IMG/VR virus record: IMGVR_UViG_3300044971_004534
DNA from: a virus
Reading direction: 5' to 3' (one strand)
DNA length: 64,000 nt
This document shows, piece after piece, positions 54,895-64,000 of the stretch. The notes beneath the pieces are model-generated. The model had not been told where the DNA came from, did not search any database, and saw only the letters and a list, made by a program, of their open reading frames with translations. Positions within the stretch are counted from its first letter, which is position 1. The number at the start of each line of letters is the position of its first letter. A program made the translations under genes and the position numbers.

Positions 54895-57800
54895 ATGACC
54901 TGGCCAGTTATTTCTTCAAGCAATCCTTTTGCTCAAACCATAAATCTCAGTTCTGATTCTGATTTACCACCTATAGCTAGATGGTCTAGCGTGCCCATGC
55001 AATGGGTTCACGATGGAGAATCGATAAGAGCATCTGTGGTAGCGTATCACTCTGCTGGTATACAAAGAGTTGATTTTATTTGCGACGGCGGAGAGTACGA
55101 GTCTGGTGGTCATATTATTAGCGTTATTAATCCTGTAGCGGACGCAGTTTCAAAGCAGGATGAGTATGCCTGTAGTATTGATATAGATAGTACTTGGCCT
55201 GAAGGAATTCATACAATCAGGGCTATTGTTTATTCTAATGCTGGCACTCAAAGAGTATTGCAGGGAACTTGGTTGCCAAAGTTTTCGTCCTCTTCAGACG
55301 AATATTCTTATGCATCGAATGGAGAGGTTGATTTTACTTTTATAGTTAATCGTGGATCTTATGACGGCATTACAGTTTATGTAGATTCTGTAAATGGCAA
55401 TGACGCTAATTCGGGTACTTTTGGCTCACCATTAAAAAATCTATGGAGCGCAATAGTTAAGATTCATGCAAGCCATACAGAAGGCTCTATTAGAGAAGAC
55501 GTTATTGTCTGTAAGGCTGGAGAGTATAGAATAAGCCCACTTGTCCAAAGCGATTATCCCGGCGGAGTGATTTCAGATGCACCATTGGGGTCTGGAAGAA
55601 TTGGTTGGTTGAAAATAAAGTCGATGGATGGTGTGAATAAAAAAGATGTGGTTATCACCAACCGTTCCATTAATTTTGGCAGTGTTGGATCTCCTTCAAG
55701 TTATACAGTACTTTCTAATTCTTTAGAATCTCGTTTTACTAATTTTGAAAATTTAACTTTAGAAAACTTTTATGATAGCAGTACAAATGTATCTGGAGAA
55801 AAGAATTTTATTATTAAAACTGGCGCGAATGTAGATAGCAGAGGAGTGTGGTTGAATGGCTGCAGTATTAGGGGAAAAGTAGGGGTATCTGTTGATACGT
55901 TAGTGTCTAGTTTAAATAGTCAGTCAAATATTTCTTTTAAAGCTTATCCTGGCATATCAGAGAATATAGTTGGGTTTGCTACTAATTGTTCAGTCAATGG
56001 CTTGTATAGAGGTTTTAAAGATTTTGCTTTAGTGAAGCAGTGTGGAATAGGCAGTGTCGTAGAGTACGCAGCAAAAAACTGTGCTGCTTTGATGTCGTGC
56101 AACATATCCAGTGTCGGGAATGTGGGAGCTGTATCTGGATCTGCAGTGATCAGCTTTACTGAAGATTCAGGAATAAAGAAAAATATTATTATATCTAAAA
56201 ATAATATTAATAAATCTGCTATTGCTCATTTTAGTTTTGATGCTAATGGAGCAACATTCAGTCCTAATGATTTTTACGAGAGTATAGCAATAGTCTCAAA
56301 TTATTTTACTAGATTTTCTGGTGGTCCAGGTAAGTCTTATATTTTTAATGGGATCAAGCAAGCATTTATTGTTCACAATAGTATGCTTGACAGTCTATCC
56401 TTTCATGATACACCAAATGGAGCGTGGACTAACCCAGCCAATGTGAGCAGCATATATTGCAGATACAATTTATTAAATGGAATTATAGTTGATTCAACAT
56501 CTGGCTCAACAGCTTCATTAGGTGCTGGTTTATCAAAGTTAAATACTTCTTTAACAAATTCAAATTCTGATATATCTGCAAATATATTTTTATTACCATC
56601 GGTTTCTTCTAACCCGCTTTTCTTATCTCTAATAGTAGCTAATCAGAACACGCAGGTAAATACAAGTTCACACAAAGTTGTCAAAAATTATTCTGAAGGA
56701 AATCTTGCTCTTTTGTGTGTTTCTCTTAATGGGGTTTCTAATCCAGCAAAAGGTTTAGAAAGTTCATCTATTTTGAATACTGACATTTTGGGTAATTCAT
56801 ATGAGAATTCTAAGGGAGATTGTGGTGCGAGACAGGATTGCACTGAAGAGGTTTCTCCAGATATTATAGAGACAACTGAAATTAAAACAGTTCCTATATC
56901 TGGATTTCCAATACTTGGAGCTAATCAAGTAGACTTCTTTCAGTCTTCTACTTTTGCTTTACAGTATCAGTTTAGCGCTTTTGATATGGTTCTTTGGTAT
57001 GATCAAAACGTAAGAAATTTTCCTGCTTCTGCTACAGAGACGGGATCACCTTACTACCCAGGTGGCTCTTATCAAGAGTGTCAGATTTGCACTTTGGGCC
57101 CAGGATTGTGCACAAGTACAGTTGATGGTGGCGCAAATTGGTTTAAGAGATGGAGTCTGCCTTCGAGTTTGACATTTGAGCTTTCTACTCTTCCTGCTTG
57201 TGACAGTGGGAATACTTCTAAGATAGCTGGTACTCGTGCTGCGTTTAGAGAGTATTTCGATGTTGATGGTATGGTGCGCGGAATGTCAAGGTATAACCCA
57301 GACTGGGCATTAGTATTTCTGCATGGTGGGTCAGAGCCATTGTGGTGGGATACTCAGATACCTGGAATGAGCCAATGGGCTTTGCTTAAAGATGATGGAG
57401 AAGAAAGCACTTCTATGGGTCTTGGAATGGACGTAGTGCAGGCCTACAAAGATGCATCAAATAAGTATAAGCAAAAATTGATGGCTTACTTTTTTCCATT
57501 TGCTTGGATTGAGTTAGATTCTTCTGTTTATCCTTATGCATTAGATATTTTTGGAAATCATGTTACTGAGGGCAGACATGGACCAACTATAAGCTATAGA
57601 TCTTCTTTTAATGATGCATTTGTTGACCTGCTATGCCAGATACATGTTGAGATGGCTCGCAAGTGTTTTGATATAGAAACAGGCTATGGATTCGCTGGGT
57701 GTATGTGGGATGCAGCTCCGATGTTGTATACACTTGACTTTAGTCCTGACGCAATTGCTGCATCTGGAATAGATGCTACTAAAGATTTTCCTTGGCCACT

Positions 57801-60800
57801 TAATAATCCGGCAGATGGTTCCAACACTGCTTTATTGACAGCATTTGTAAGTGAAGTTACCGCTAATGCGAATCCAGGTTCTCTCTTATTAAGAGATCCA
57901 AATCCCGCTAGAGGCTGGACACAGGATATTAAGGATAAGTTGCAGGCATATGTATATGCATTAAATAATCTTCAACCAGACATCATGCGCCGCATAAGAG
58001 AAGCTGTAGATGAAGCTGGATATTCTGATTTCGTGATCCTTCATGCTGTTGCAAACTCTCAGCCATCTTTTGAGTGGCCAGGCAATGCTGAAGATGTTGC
58101 ACTATATTCTTCTGGTGTCAAAACAGAAATAGGTGCAGAAGGCTATCTGAGAAGAAGGCAGGCTTCAAACGTTACTAGCAAAACTGGATCTAAAGCAGCT
58201 CCAGATTTATGGCTTGCCATGCATACAGATTTTTTAATGTCTCAGTCTAGAACTGGAAAAAGAGCTTATGGATGGCAAATTGGTCAATGGATTATACCAA
58301 ATTGGATAAGTGGTAGTGAATGTGACGCTACATTTAAATCTTGCTTAACAACTTTTGACGGTAATTATTCCAATAAAGTAGAGTTTAAAAACAATCTTCT
58401 TCCAAGAGATATAGCAGTACGTGGTTGGTTGGAAAACCAATCTTTATTAGCTCTGGCTTCTCACGTTACCCCAGAGTTTATGTATGGGTTTTATGATTGG
58501 TATAAATATGATCAAGTAGAAGACTTGTCAGGATTTGAGAATGCTGCAGACGCCTTTGCAATACAGCATCTTCCTTATATGAGAAGAATTTCTTCCATAC
58601 TTGGATCTGTTAGTGATGCAAACGTCAAGTTGCACAATAGATCAAATGTTGCATGGTGTGTTATATTGCATCGTCCAGAGCTGGGCTGGAAGACAAGTTT
58701 GTATATTAATACTGGTGTTAATGAATCATTCTCTGGCCCTGGTTTTGCTTACTACTGGCCAATATTTGGAGCTGTACAGACATGTGTTGAGCATGGCATT
58801 GCTCACGTTATTGCTCAGGATGATGCTTTTACTGCAAGTAATTTTGCAAATTCTGGAGTAGTTATAGTTCCTTTTGACAAAAATCTTTTGTCTGCTTCTG
58901 TGAGAAATGAGCTTGAATTATTTGATGGACTTGTCATATATGTGCAAGACGCCATAGCAAACGGTGAGCTTGATGATAATTTCCATAATACCCAGTCAGT
59001 TGGAAATAAAACAAGAGCTCAAGTTTCTAGAGATCAGTTGTGGAATTTGATGCAAAGAACTAATAAAAATTTAGTATTGCAAACAGAGTTTTCTTATCCT
59101 CAAAATTTGCCTGAATCTCCAATTCCGATGGTTGGTTATGAAATAGGAACTGATGTTTATGAAAATCAATCTCTACTTGTGACCTTAGTTGCAGATGCTG
59201 CTTGGCACGATGGTAGAAAATATGGATTCTTTGGTCTTACCGTCAATAACTATCCAGTAAATGGAGTTTGTGGTAGACAAAATTTGTTACTTGCATCTCC
59301 TAACGATCCAGAAAATGATCTTGTTAATTCTTTAAATTTAAGGAAAATATTAGATGTATGTAGTTGCACTTATACTGACACATTTACTACAATTAATACT
59401 ATAGCTGGTAGAGATTGCTATTATGTTAATCATTCTGCTGCTGGAGTAATACCGGTAGAGGTATTGCCAGCAAGAGGCAAGCTTAACTATTATGCTGGAT
59501 ATCCTCCAGTTTGGAATAGTAATAGAAGCGCAAGAATAACATTCAATGCTTCTCAAAAGCCTTATAGACTTAGACAGTTATTGTTAAATAAAGATGATGG
59601 AGTTTTTGGTCCAGTTGACATGTTTGTTAACAATGACTTTGTTGATGTTGTTCCGTTTGAAATTGGATCTTTTGTACAGGTTCAATTATCAGATGCTGAC
59701 ATTATCCCGCATGTTGGAATGTGTGTATCTGAAGATTTACTAAAAGTCGCCAGTGTTGATGATCTAATTTCTTTACTAAGTTTTTTAAGAGATCAGCCAG
59801 CATCATTCAACGTTATAAAAGTTAGATTGTCATGCGGTTCTTCAATGGTCGAAGGCGACGTAGTTGCTAATACTTTATTCACAGAAATCATTTCACATGC
59901 ACAGTCTAATCAAAATGCATATTCTTGGCTTGTAAATAATGTTGGGGAAATAGGAAGTCCTACTATTCACACTTTATTTGGCCTACTTAGATCTACGTCA
60001 CAAAATCCATGTGGAGATGGATCTTTCTCTGTTGGTGGAGTTTTAATACAAAATGAAGGTATCTGCAAAATTGCATCAGCGTTAACTTCACTATCTACTA
60101 TGTATAATCGTTTAACTAGCGATAGTCAATGTTACTGTGAATCTTCAGATACCTATAAGCTATACTCATCTAAGGTAAATTTAGACAGATCTTTAAGTCC
60201 TTCCGATGGCTCTAGCTGGGCTGCGACGGTAGAAGATGAAATCTCTGCCATATCAGACGCTAGCGATGGTTTAATGATGTACATTAGGCCTGTAAGTGAT
60301 ATTTCAAGTGATTACTACAATATTGACGTGAATGGTTTGCCAATTATAGATGGAATTGTTAAATATGTTTCTGATGTTAATGACGCAATACTTTCACATA
60401 CTGCTAACGTACAAGATGCTTCAGATTATTATGCAGGAGTCGTATTAGACTTTGAGCATCTTTTTAATATAAATAGCCCTCTTGCTACCTTGCACGCAGA
60501 CGCATGTTCTTACCCATTCTTTATAAATTCTCAGGGCTCAGATTCTTTTGACAATGTCAGGAGATCAATTGCTTATGTAAATGGCAGATTAATATCTGTG
60601 CTAAGTGCTATTAAATTTATAAATCCAAAACTACAGGTTTCTATAAGGGGTCTCGGAAGAATAGATGATGCTTTTGGCTTTGAGGAAAGTAAAGACTCTA
60701 GTGCAGTACATACGGCAGCAAATTGCACTCCAAAAGCACGTGAAGAGTTGTATAAAAGAGTATCAGAATTTTATGGTCCACTTTTAGAAGCTTGTGATTT

Positions 60801-63800
60801 CGTATACCTTTGGAATGCAAATGAATCTGAAGATGCAGATCTTTCTGGTATTATTCCTAGTATAGCCAAGGCTAATTTAAGACTTTCCTCTTTATCTAAG
60901 CACTTTGAATATAGACAAGCTAATCAGCCATTAATATTTGTTGAAATAAATGGAACATATTTGTCTTCTAATGGCAATTCGCCTAGTGATTACTGTGAAG
61001 TTTCAAGTGCAGAAATTCTCGCAGAGTCACTTGATCCGTTTATTCGTAATAGTATAGATGGATTTGTGTATTATGCTGGTCAAGAAAATATAGAAAAGTC
61101 TATTTTTGAAAATTGCCCAACTTCTATTTCTAATTCAGCAATTGCCGCAGCAGTATCTTCTTGCTGGGATGTTGCTATATCTAATTGCTCTAGTGAAAGC
61201 GGCGTAATATCTGCATTTGAATCTTCAATATTAAATCATATTGAGTTAATATCATCACATATTGGTGGAAGCACTACAGAATCTTATATTCCATTTATTA
61301 TTATGATGGGAGAGTCTAATGCTGGAGGTTTGGCAAAGAATTCAGAAGCTTTAGCTTCTGAATTAGGAACAAGAGATGAAGTTAAAATTTTAAATAATTA
61401 TACTTTAAATTTTGAAACTTTAAATATTAGTGCTACAGGTAATAATATTTTAGATCACCGTAACCCAAACGGTATACCAGATGTTACAGATTCTATATGG
61501 AATTCTAATGGTGGGCCTCCTCATGGCTGGGAGCTTGGTTTAGCTAATGCTGTAAGAGATGGAAAATTTGCAACAGATTTTGTCTATCTTCTAAAAACAG
61601 GTCATGGTGGTTCTAAGATTGGAGACAATGCTATTGATGGTGACTGGGACACCTCTGATACTTATTGGAATTTATTTGTCAATAGATTTAATGTCGCTAA
61701 ATCTGCTATTATTGCTGATGGATATACTCCACAGGTATATTTATGGTATGAAATAGGAATTAATGATTGCATATCTAATGTAAATCCATCTCAGTGGAAA
61801 ACAAAATTAGTACAAAAGTTTATAAATGTAAGATCTGCTGTAGGTGCAAATATACCAATATTCATAGTATTATTGCCAGATGTTGATATGTCCGGTGGCT
61901 CTATTGATAACATATCTGATTTCAATAATGCTATTTTAGAAATTTGTGCAGAAAATAACTTAATATATTGGGTTAAATCAGAAGATGCTCCATTAAAGTC
62001 TGGTGATATTTATCACTGGAATTATTATGGCATGAAAAATCTTGCTGATAAAATGTCGTACTTGACTGCAGATGTTATTGGTCAAGGCATAAATTATATT
62101 GCAAATATCGCAGTGGCTCCTAATCAGCCAGACTACAACAATTTTTCCCCAGTTATTGGATTTATACCTTACAGTAATTCATCAGATCCAGCTTTAGAGT
62201 TTGTTTATCCGTCATTCGAGGTTAGGGGTAGACTTTCTGGTAATGCCATAAATGACGAGCCAGGATCTGGTCCTTATCCAAGTAGTGATGGGTCTCCTTC
62301 GCAAGCTATATCTTTCTTTAATTCTAAGGGTATACCAGCAGCAAGAAGATCAGTATTCTATTTTAATATTGGATCATCAACATTTGATGGGGTATTTTCT
62401 GATCCTATATACAATAGAACTTATGAACAACTATATAATTCATCAGACAGTTGTATAGATGCAAATGGAGATATAGTAAGACAAGACACGTTAGATCCAA
62501 GAGAGGCTCAAAATCCTACTTATAGAGGAAGTCTAGCTTTTGTTTCTCCGTGGACATTAGGAGCAAATACAAGACTTGAACAATTTACTCGTCAATGGGT
62601 TGGAGAATATAAAAATTTAAATGGAAAGATTTATGGCTTTATATCTGATAATGAATCCCTCAACCCAACTGGCTTTTGGGCTGTCCCATCTTTAAGGTAT
62701 GACAACAATAACACTTCTCGCATTCCGCACTTCCAAAAAATAATTAATGATCCAAGATCCTTGCTTACTAATGAAAGTGCTGGATACGCTTTTGAAATTG
62801 GTAAAAACCTGAAAGACCAATTAAGGCTGAATGATTTTTACAACATAAACGATTTTGACTCCGTTGATTTTAGAACTATTGATGACCCGCAGTTCAGGGG
62901 AGGCTACCTGCACTGGGATTATGTGATGTATAGGCATGCCATATGGTATGCTCAAAAGCACTGGTACGATGCCATTAGTGATTATTTTCCAAATCATAAT
63001 TCAACACATGTTTGGACATTCTATATTCCCAAAGAAGATCATTTTAATGATATGAATGGTCATATTACTTACAGAGATATGCTTTGTGGTAATACTGCAA
63101 ATCCTTTATTGTTTGGAGAATGTGGTGGAATTGGAATCAACAGTGAAATAGATCCAAACAATAAAACACGAACAAGATTCTTATCTCAATACAATCCTGG
63201 TGGAACTCCTTTTGGCTCTAGGGCTTGGAATAGCTTGTTGTTGCAGCAACAGGAAATAAAGGCAATACGTAGACATCCAGAAAATCAAAAATTTATACCA
63301 TGGATAGGAAGTAGAAATCTTATTTTGAATAACGCTTTTGGTGGTGGATCAGATGTGAATCATGATTCTCTGTGGGCTGAGGGAGTATATCACTTAGCTT
63401 TACACAATCCAGAAGCTATATACATGTTCTACCCCAGAAATCCAGATGGAGCTGGGGACACTGCTTGGTATATTGAGAATGGTCTAGTTTCTTATCAATT
63501 ATTAAATTCTATATTGAAAGAAGTGAATGAAAGAACTGGAAATAAAATTGTTTCTCTTGTTGAAAGTTCTATACAAAGAATAAACCTTGATAGTAAAGTT
63601 TTAATAACTGGTTGCAAAACTATTAAAAATAAACATCTATGGAGAATAACGGCAGATGTTTTACATGTTAATTCTTTGAATATAGATGGTTCTGTTTTTG
63701 CAGTACAGTCTAGCAGTCCTGCCATATGGTATGAAACTGGAACAAATGTTGCAGCAATCAATATTCTTTCTTATGATCCAGTTACTAAGACTTTAAATCT

Positions 63801-64000
63801 TGTGTCTTCATCTGCAGAAGCTCCTTTGTGTAAGTCTTGTATGTCTGCATTCATTTCTCCAGCTATTACTGCTTCAGAGTTTAATGTTGATAAAAATTCA
63901 TTCCCTCAAAACATTTTCTCTATGATAGAAATTAGTGATCGTGTTTTGTCAAGAGATACTTATGATCCTAATGGCGCGTGTGCAGCCAATGCTTCCGCAA
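54895..64000 (+). CDS. Giant multi-domain protein (>=3,035 aa, 3' end beyond the window) with an Ig-like N-terminus, a pectate-lyase-type beta-helix and an SGNH/SASA-type esterase domain
   Basis: Not in the supplied ORF track. I translated frame 1 from the ATG at 54895 (MTWPVISSSNPFAQ...). I then checked it codon by codon over 54895-55500, 58561-58740 and 61261-64000, and no stop occurs. The track also lists no frame-1 ORF fragments anywhere in 54.9-64 kb, consistent with one frame open to the window end (last codons ...NGACAANASA). Domain evidence is given in separate features. Confidence 0.9.
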   Translation, partial: MTWPVISSSNPFAQTINLSSDSDLPPIARWSSVPMQWVHDGESIRASVVAYHSAGIQRVDFICDGGEYESGGHIISVINPVADAVSKQDEYACSIDIDSTWPEGIHTIRAIVYSNAGTQRVLQGTWLPKFSSSSDEYSYASNGEVDFTFIVNRGSYDGITVYVDSVNGNDANSGTFGSPLKNLWSAIVKIHASHTEGSIREDVIVCKAGEYRISPLVQSDYPGGVISDAPLGSGRIGWLKIKSMDGVNKKDVVITNRSINFGSVGSPSSYTVLSNSLESRFTNFENLTLENFYDSSTNVSGEKNFIIKTGANVDSRGVWLNGCSIRGKVGVSVDTLVSSLNSQSNISFKAYPGISENIVGFATNCSVNGLYRGFKDFALVKQCGIGSVVEYAAKNCAALMSCNISSVGNVGAVSGSAVISFTEDSGIKKNIIISKNNINKSAIAHFSFDANGATFSPNDFYESIAIVSNYFTRFSGGPGKSYIFNGIKQAFIVHNSMLDSLSFHDTPNGAWTNPANVSSIYCRYNLLNGIIVDSTSGSTASLGAGLSKLNTSLTNSNSDISANIFLLPSVSSNPLFLSLIVANQNTQVNTSSHKVVKNYSEGNLALLCVSLNGVSNPAKGLESSSILNTDILGNSYENSKGDCGARQDCTEEVSPDIIETTEIKTVPISGFPILGANQVDFFQSSTFALQYQFSAFDMVLWYDQNVRNFPASATETGSPYYPGGSYQECQICTLGPGLCTSTVDGGANWFKRWSLPSSLTFELSTLPACDSGNTSKIAGTRAAFREYFDVDGMVRGMSRYNPDWALVFLHGGSEPLWWDTQIPGMSQWALLKDDGEESTSMGLGMDVVQAYKDASNKYKQKLMAYFFPFAWIELDSSVYPYALDIFGNHVTEGRHGPTISYRSSFNDAFVDLLCQIHVEMARKCFDIETGYGFAGCMWDAAPMLYTLDFSPDAIAASGIDATKDFPWPLNNPADGSNTALLTAFVSEVTANANPGSLLLRDPNPARGWTQDIKDKLQAYVYALNNLQPDIMRRIREAVDEAGYSDFVILHAVANSQPSFEWPGNAEDVALYSSGVKTEIGAEGYLRRRQASNVTSKTGSKAAPDLWLAMHTDFLMSQSRTGKRAYGWQIGQWIIPNWISGSECDATFKSCLTTFDGNYSNKVEFKNNLLPRDIAVRGWLENQSLLALASHVTPEFMYGFYDWYKYDQVEDLSGFENAADAFAIQHLPYMRRISSILGSVSDANVKLHNRSNVAWCVILHRPELGWKTSLYINTGVNESFSGPGFAYYWPIFGAVQTCVEHGIAHVIAQDDAFTASNFANSGVVIVPFDKNLLSASVRNELELFDGLVIYVQDAIANGELDDNFHNTQSVGNKTRAQVSRDQLWNLMQRTNKNLVLQTEFSYPQNLPESPIPMVGYEIGTDVYENQSLLVTLVADAAWHDGRKYGFFGLTVNNYPVNGVCGRQNLLLASPNDPENDLVNSLNLRKILDVCSCTYTDTFTTINTIAGRDCYYVNHSAAGVIPVEVLPARGKLNYYAGYPPVWNSNRSARITFNASQKPYRLRQLLLNKDDGVFGPVDMFVNNDFVDVVPFEIGSFVQVQLSDADIIPHVGMCVSEDLLKVASVDDLISLLSFLRDQPASFNVIKVRLSCGSSMVEGDVVANTLFTEIISHAQSNQNAYSWLVNNVGEIGSPTIHTLFGLLRSTSQNPCGDGSFSVGGVLIQNEGICKIASALTSLSTMYNRLTSDSQCYCESSDTYKLYSSKVNLDRSLSPSDGSSWAATVEDEISAISDASDGLMMYIRPVSDISSDYYNIDVNGLPIIDGIVKYVSDVNDAILSHTANVQDASDYYAGVVLDFEHLFNINSPLATLHADACSYPFFINSQGSDSFDNVRRSIAYVNGRLISVLSAIKFINPKLQVSIRGLGRIDDAFGFEESKDSSAVHTAANCTPKAREELYKRVSEFYGPLLEACDFVYLWNANESEDADLSGIIPSIAKANLRLSSLSKHFEYRQANQPLIFVEINGTYLSSNGNSPSDYCEVSSAEILAESLDPFIRNSIDGFVYYAGQENIEKSIFENCPTSISNSAIAAAVSSCWDVAISNCSSESGVISAFESSILNHIELISSHIGGSTTESYIPFIIMMGESNAGGLAKNSEALASELGTRDEVKILNNYTLNFETLNISATGNNILDHRNPNGIPDVTDSIWNSNGGPPHGWELGLANAVRDGKFATDFVYLLKTGHGGSKIGDNAIDGDWDTSDTYWNLFVNRFNVAKSAIIADGYTPQVYLWYEIGINDCISNVNPSQWKTKLVQKFINVRSAVGANIPIFIVLLPDVDMSGGSIDNISDFNNAILEICAENNLIYWVKSEDAPLKSGDIYHWNYYGMKNLADKMSYLTADVIGQGINYIANIAVAPNQPDYNNFSPVIGFIPYSNSSDPALEFVYPSFEVRGRLSGNAINDEPGSGPYPSSDGSPSQAISFFNSKGIPAARRSVFYFNIGSSTFDGVFSDPIYNRTYEQLYNSSDSCIDANGDIVRQDTLDPREAQNPTYRGSLAFVSPWTLGANTRLEQFTRQWVGEYKNLNGKIYGFISDNESLNPTGFWAVPSLRYDNNNTSRIPHFQKIINDPRSLLTNESAGYAFEIGKNLKDQLRLNDFYNINDFDSVDFRTIDDPQFRGGYLHWDYVMYRHAIWYAQKHWYDAISDYFPNHNSTHVWTFYIPKEDHFNDMNGHITYRDMLCGNTANPLLFGECGGIGINSEIDPNNKTRTRFLSQYNPGGTPFGSRAWNSLLLQQQEIKAIRRHPENQKFIPWIGSRNLILNNAFGGGSDVNHDSLWAEGVYHLALHNPEAIYMFYPRNPDGAGDTAWYIENGLVSYQLLNSILKEVNERTGNKIVSLVESSIQRINLDSKVLITGCKTIKNKHLWRITADVLHVNSLNIDGSVFAVQSSSPAIWYETGTNVAAINILSYDPVTKTLNLVSSSAEAPLCKSCMSAFISPAITASEFNVDKNSFPQNIFSMIEISDRVLSRDTYDPNGACAANASA
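55372..55450 (+). other. N-terminal cap signature of a right-handed parallel beta-helix (pectate-lyase fold / DUF1565-like)
   Basis: The segment ITVYVDSVNGNDANSGTFGSPLKNLWSAIVKI matches the common hYVd..G.D.N.GT...P.kth..A motif that precedes pectin-lyase-fold helices in polysaccharide depolymerases and tailspikes. Downstream to ~56700 the sequence is rich in short N/G/S-containing repeats consistent with helix rungs. Confidence 0.55.
61291..62040 (+). other. SGNH-hydrolase (SASA / carbohydrate O-acetylesterase-like) domain with all four catalytic blocks
   Basis: Block I is PFIIMMGESNAGG (GxSN, compare GQSNM of SASA) at 61291. Block II is LLKTGHGGSKIG at ~61591. Block III is VYLWYEIGINDC (GxND) at ~61735. 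Block V is SGDIYHWNYYG (DxxH) at ~61999. Their order and spacing (about 95, 45 and 90 aa) are as in SGNH/SASA esterases. Confidence 0.7.

Noticed and set aside
58601-58861. Short plus-strand ORFs listed in the track inside the last 9 kb (58601-58861, 62252-62458), and alternate-frame plus ORFs elsewhere (8547-8732, 10326-10520, 20270-20479, 22265-22453, 22532-22735, 46915-47133, 53531-53725).
   Set aside because: All are in alternate frames nested within much longer open frames. Their translations are hydrophobic or low-complexity, as is typical of off-frame reads of AT-rich coding DNA.
1-64000. Use of an alternative genetic code (stop-codon reassignment), as seen in some large AT-rich phages.
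   Set aside because: The standard code already yields uninterrupted ORFs of up to 3,288 codons that abut one another precisely, so no reassignment needs to be invoked.
1-64000. A cellular giant-adhesin or RTX island secreted by a type I system.
   Set aside because: This is not fully excluded. However, I see no RTX nonapeptide (GGxGxDxUx) arrays, no ABC/MFP/OMP genes and no signal peptides. The hub-like module, small interleaved proteins and pervasive stop/start coupling fit a virion module better. Flanking sequence is needed to settle the question.

Overview
The window is AT-rich, roughly one-third G+C by spot counts of individual 60-nt lines, and is essentially 100% coding on the + strand. 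I call 18 tightly packed genes. Their junctions are mostly stop/start overlaps (TAATG, ATGA) or gaps of 1-12 nt, and the only real intergenic gap is 57 nt at 54838-54894. Mean gene length is about 1,180 codons. The giants are 3,288, 2,807, 1,848 and 1,708 aa, plus an ORF of at least 3,035 codons (54895 to the window end). The supplied ORF track omits that last ORF because it has no stop inside the window. I see no rRNA, tRNA, CRISPR array, transposase, integrase or reverse transcriptase. None of the 17 visible N-termini looks like a Sec signal peptide.

Recognisable modules, all read from the translations:
- a gpD/gp27/VgrG-like hub module at the end of the first, 5'-truncated gene
- a GT-B (group 1) glycosyltransferase
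- RCC1-like repeats
- sialidase/BNR-like propeller blades
- FN3 and bacterial Ig-like domains
- three LamG (concanavalin-A-like lectin) modules
- three dockerin-like double EF-hand modules, two of them in a 195-bp tandem duplication flanked by poly-Ser microsatellites
- a tandem triplicated beta-helix gene family
- a pectate-lyase-type beta-helix cap
- a complete SGNH/SASA-type esterase catalytic signature inside the last giant ORF

My best interpretation is inference only. This looks like the distal tail, baseplate-periphery and receptor-recognition module of a large tailed phage, or of a phage-tail-like particle, infecting an AT-rich (possibly marine) host. More than 60 kb is devoted to giant lectin-, propeller- and enzyme-bearing fibre proteins, which is extraordinary. 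No capsid, sheath, tube or terminase hallmark lies in the window, so the phage assignment and any host guess remain unproven. Most proteins have no family I can name.
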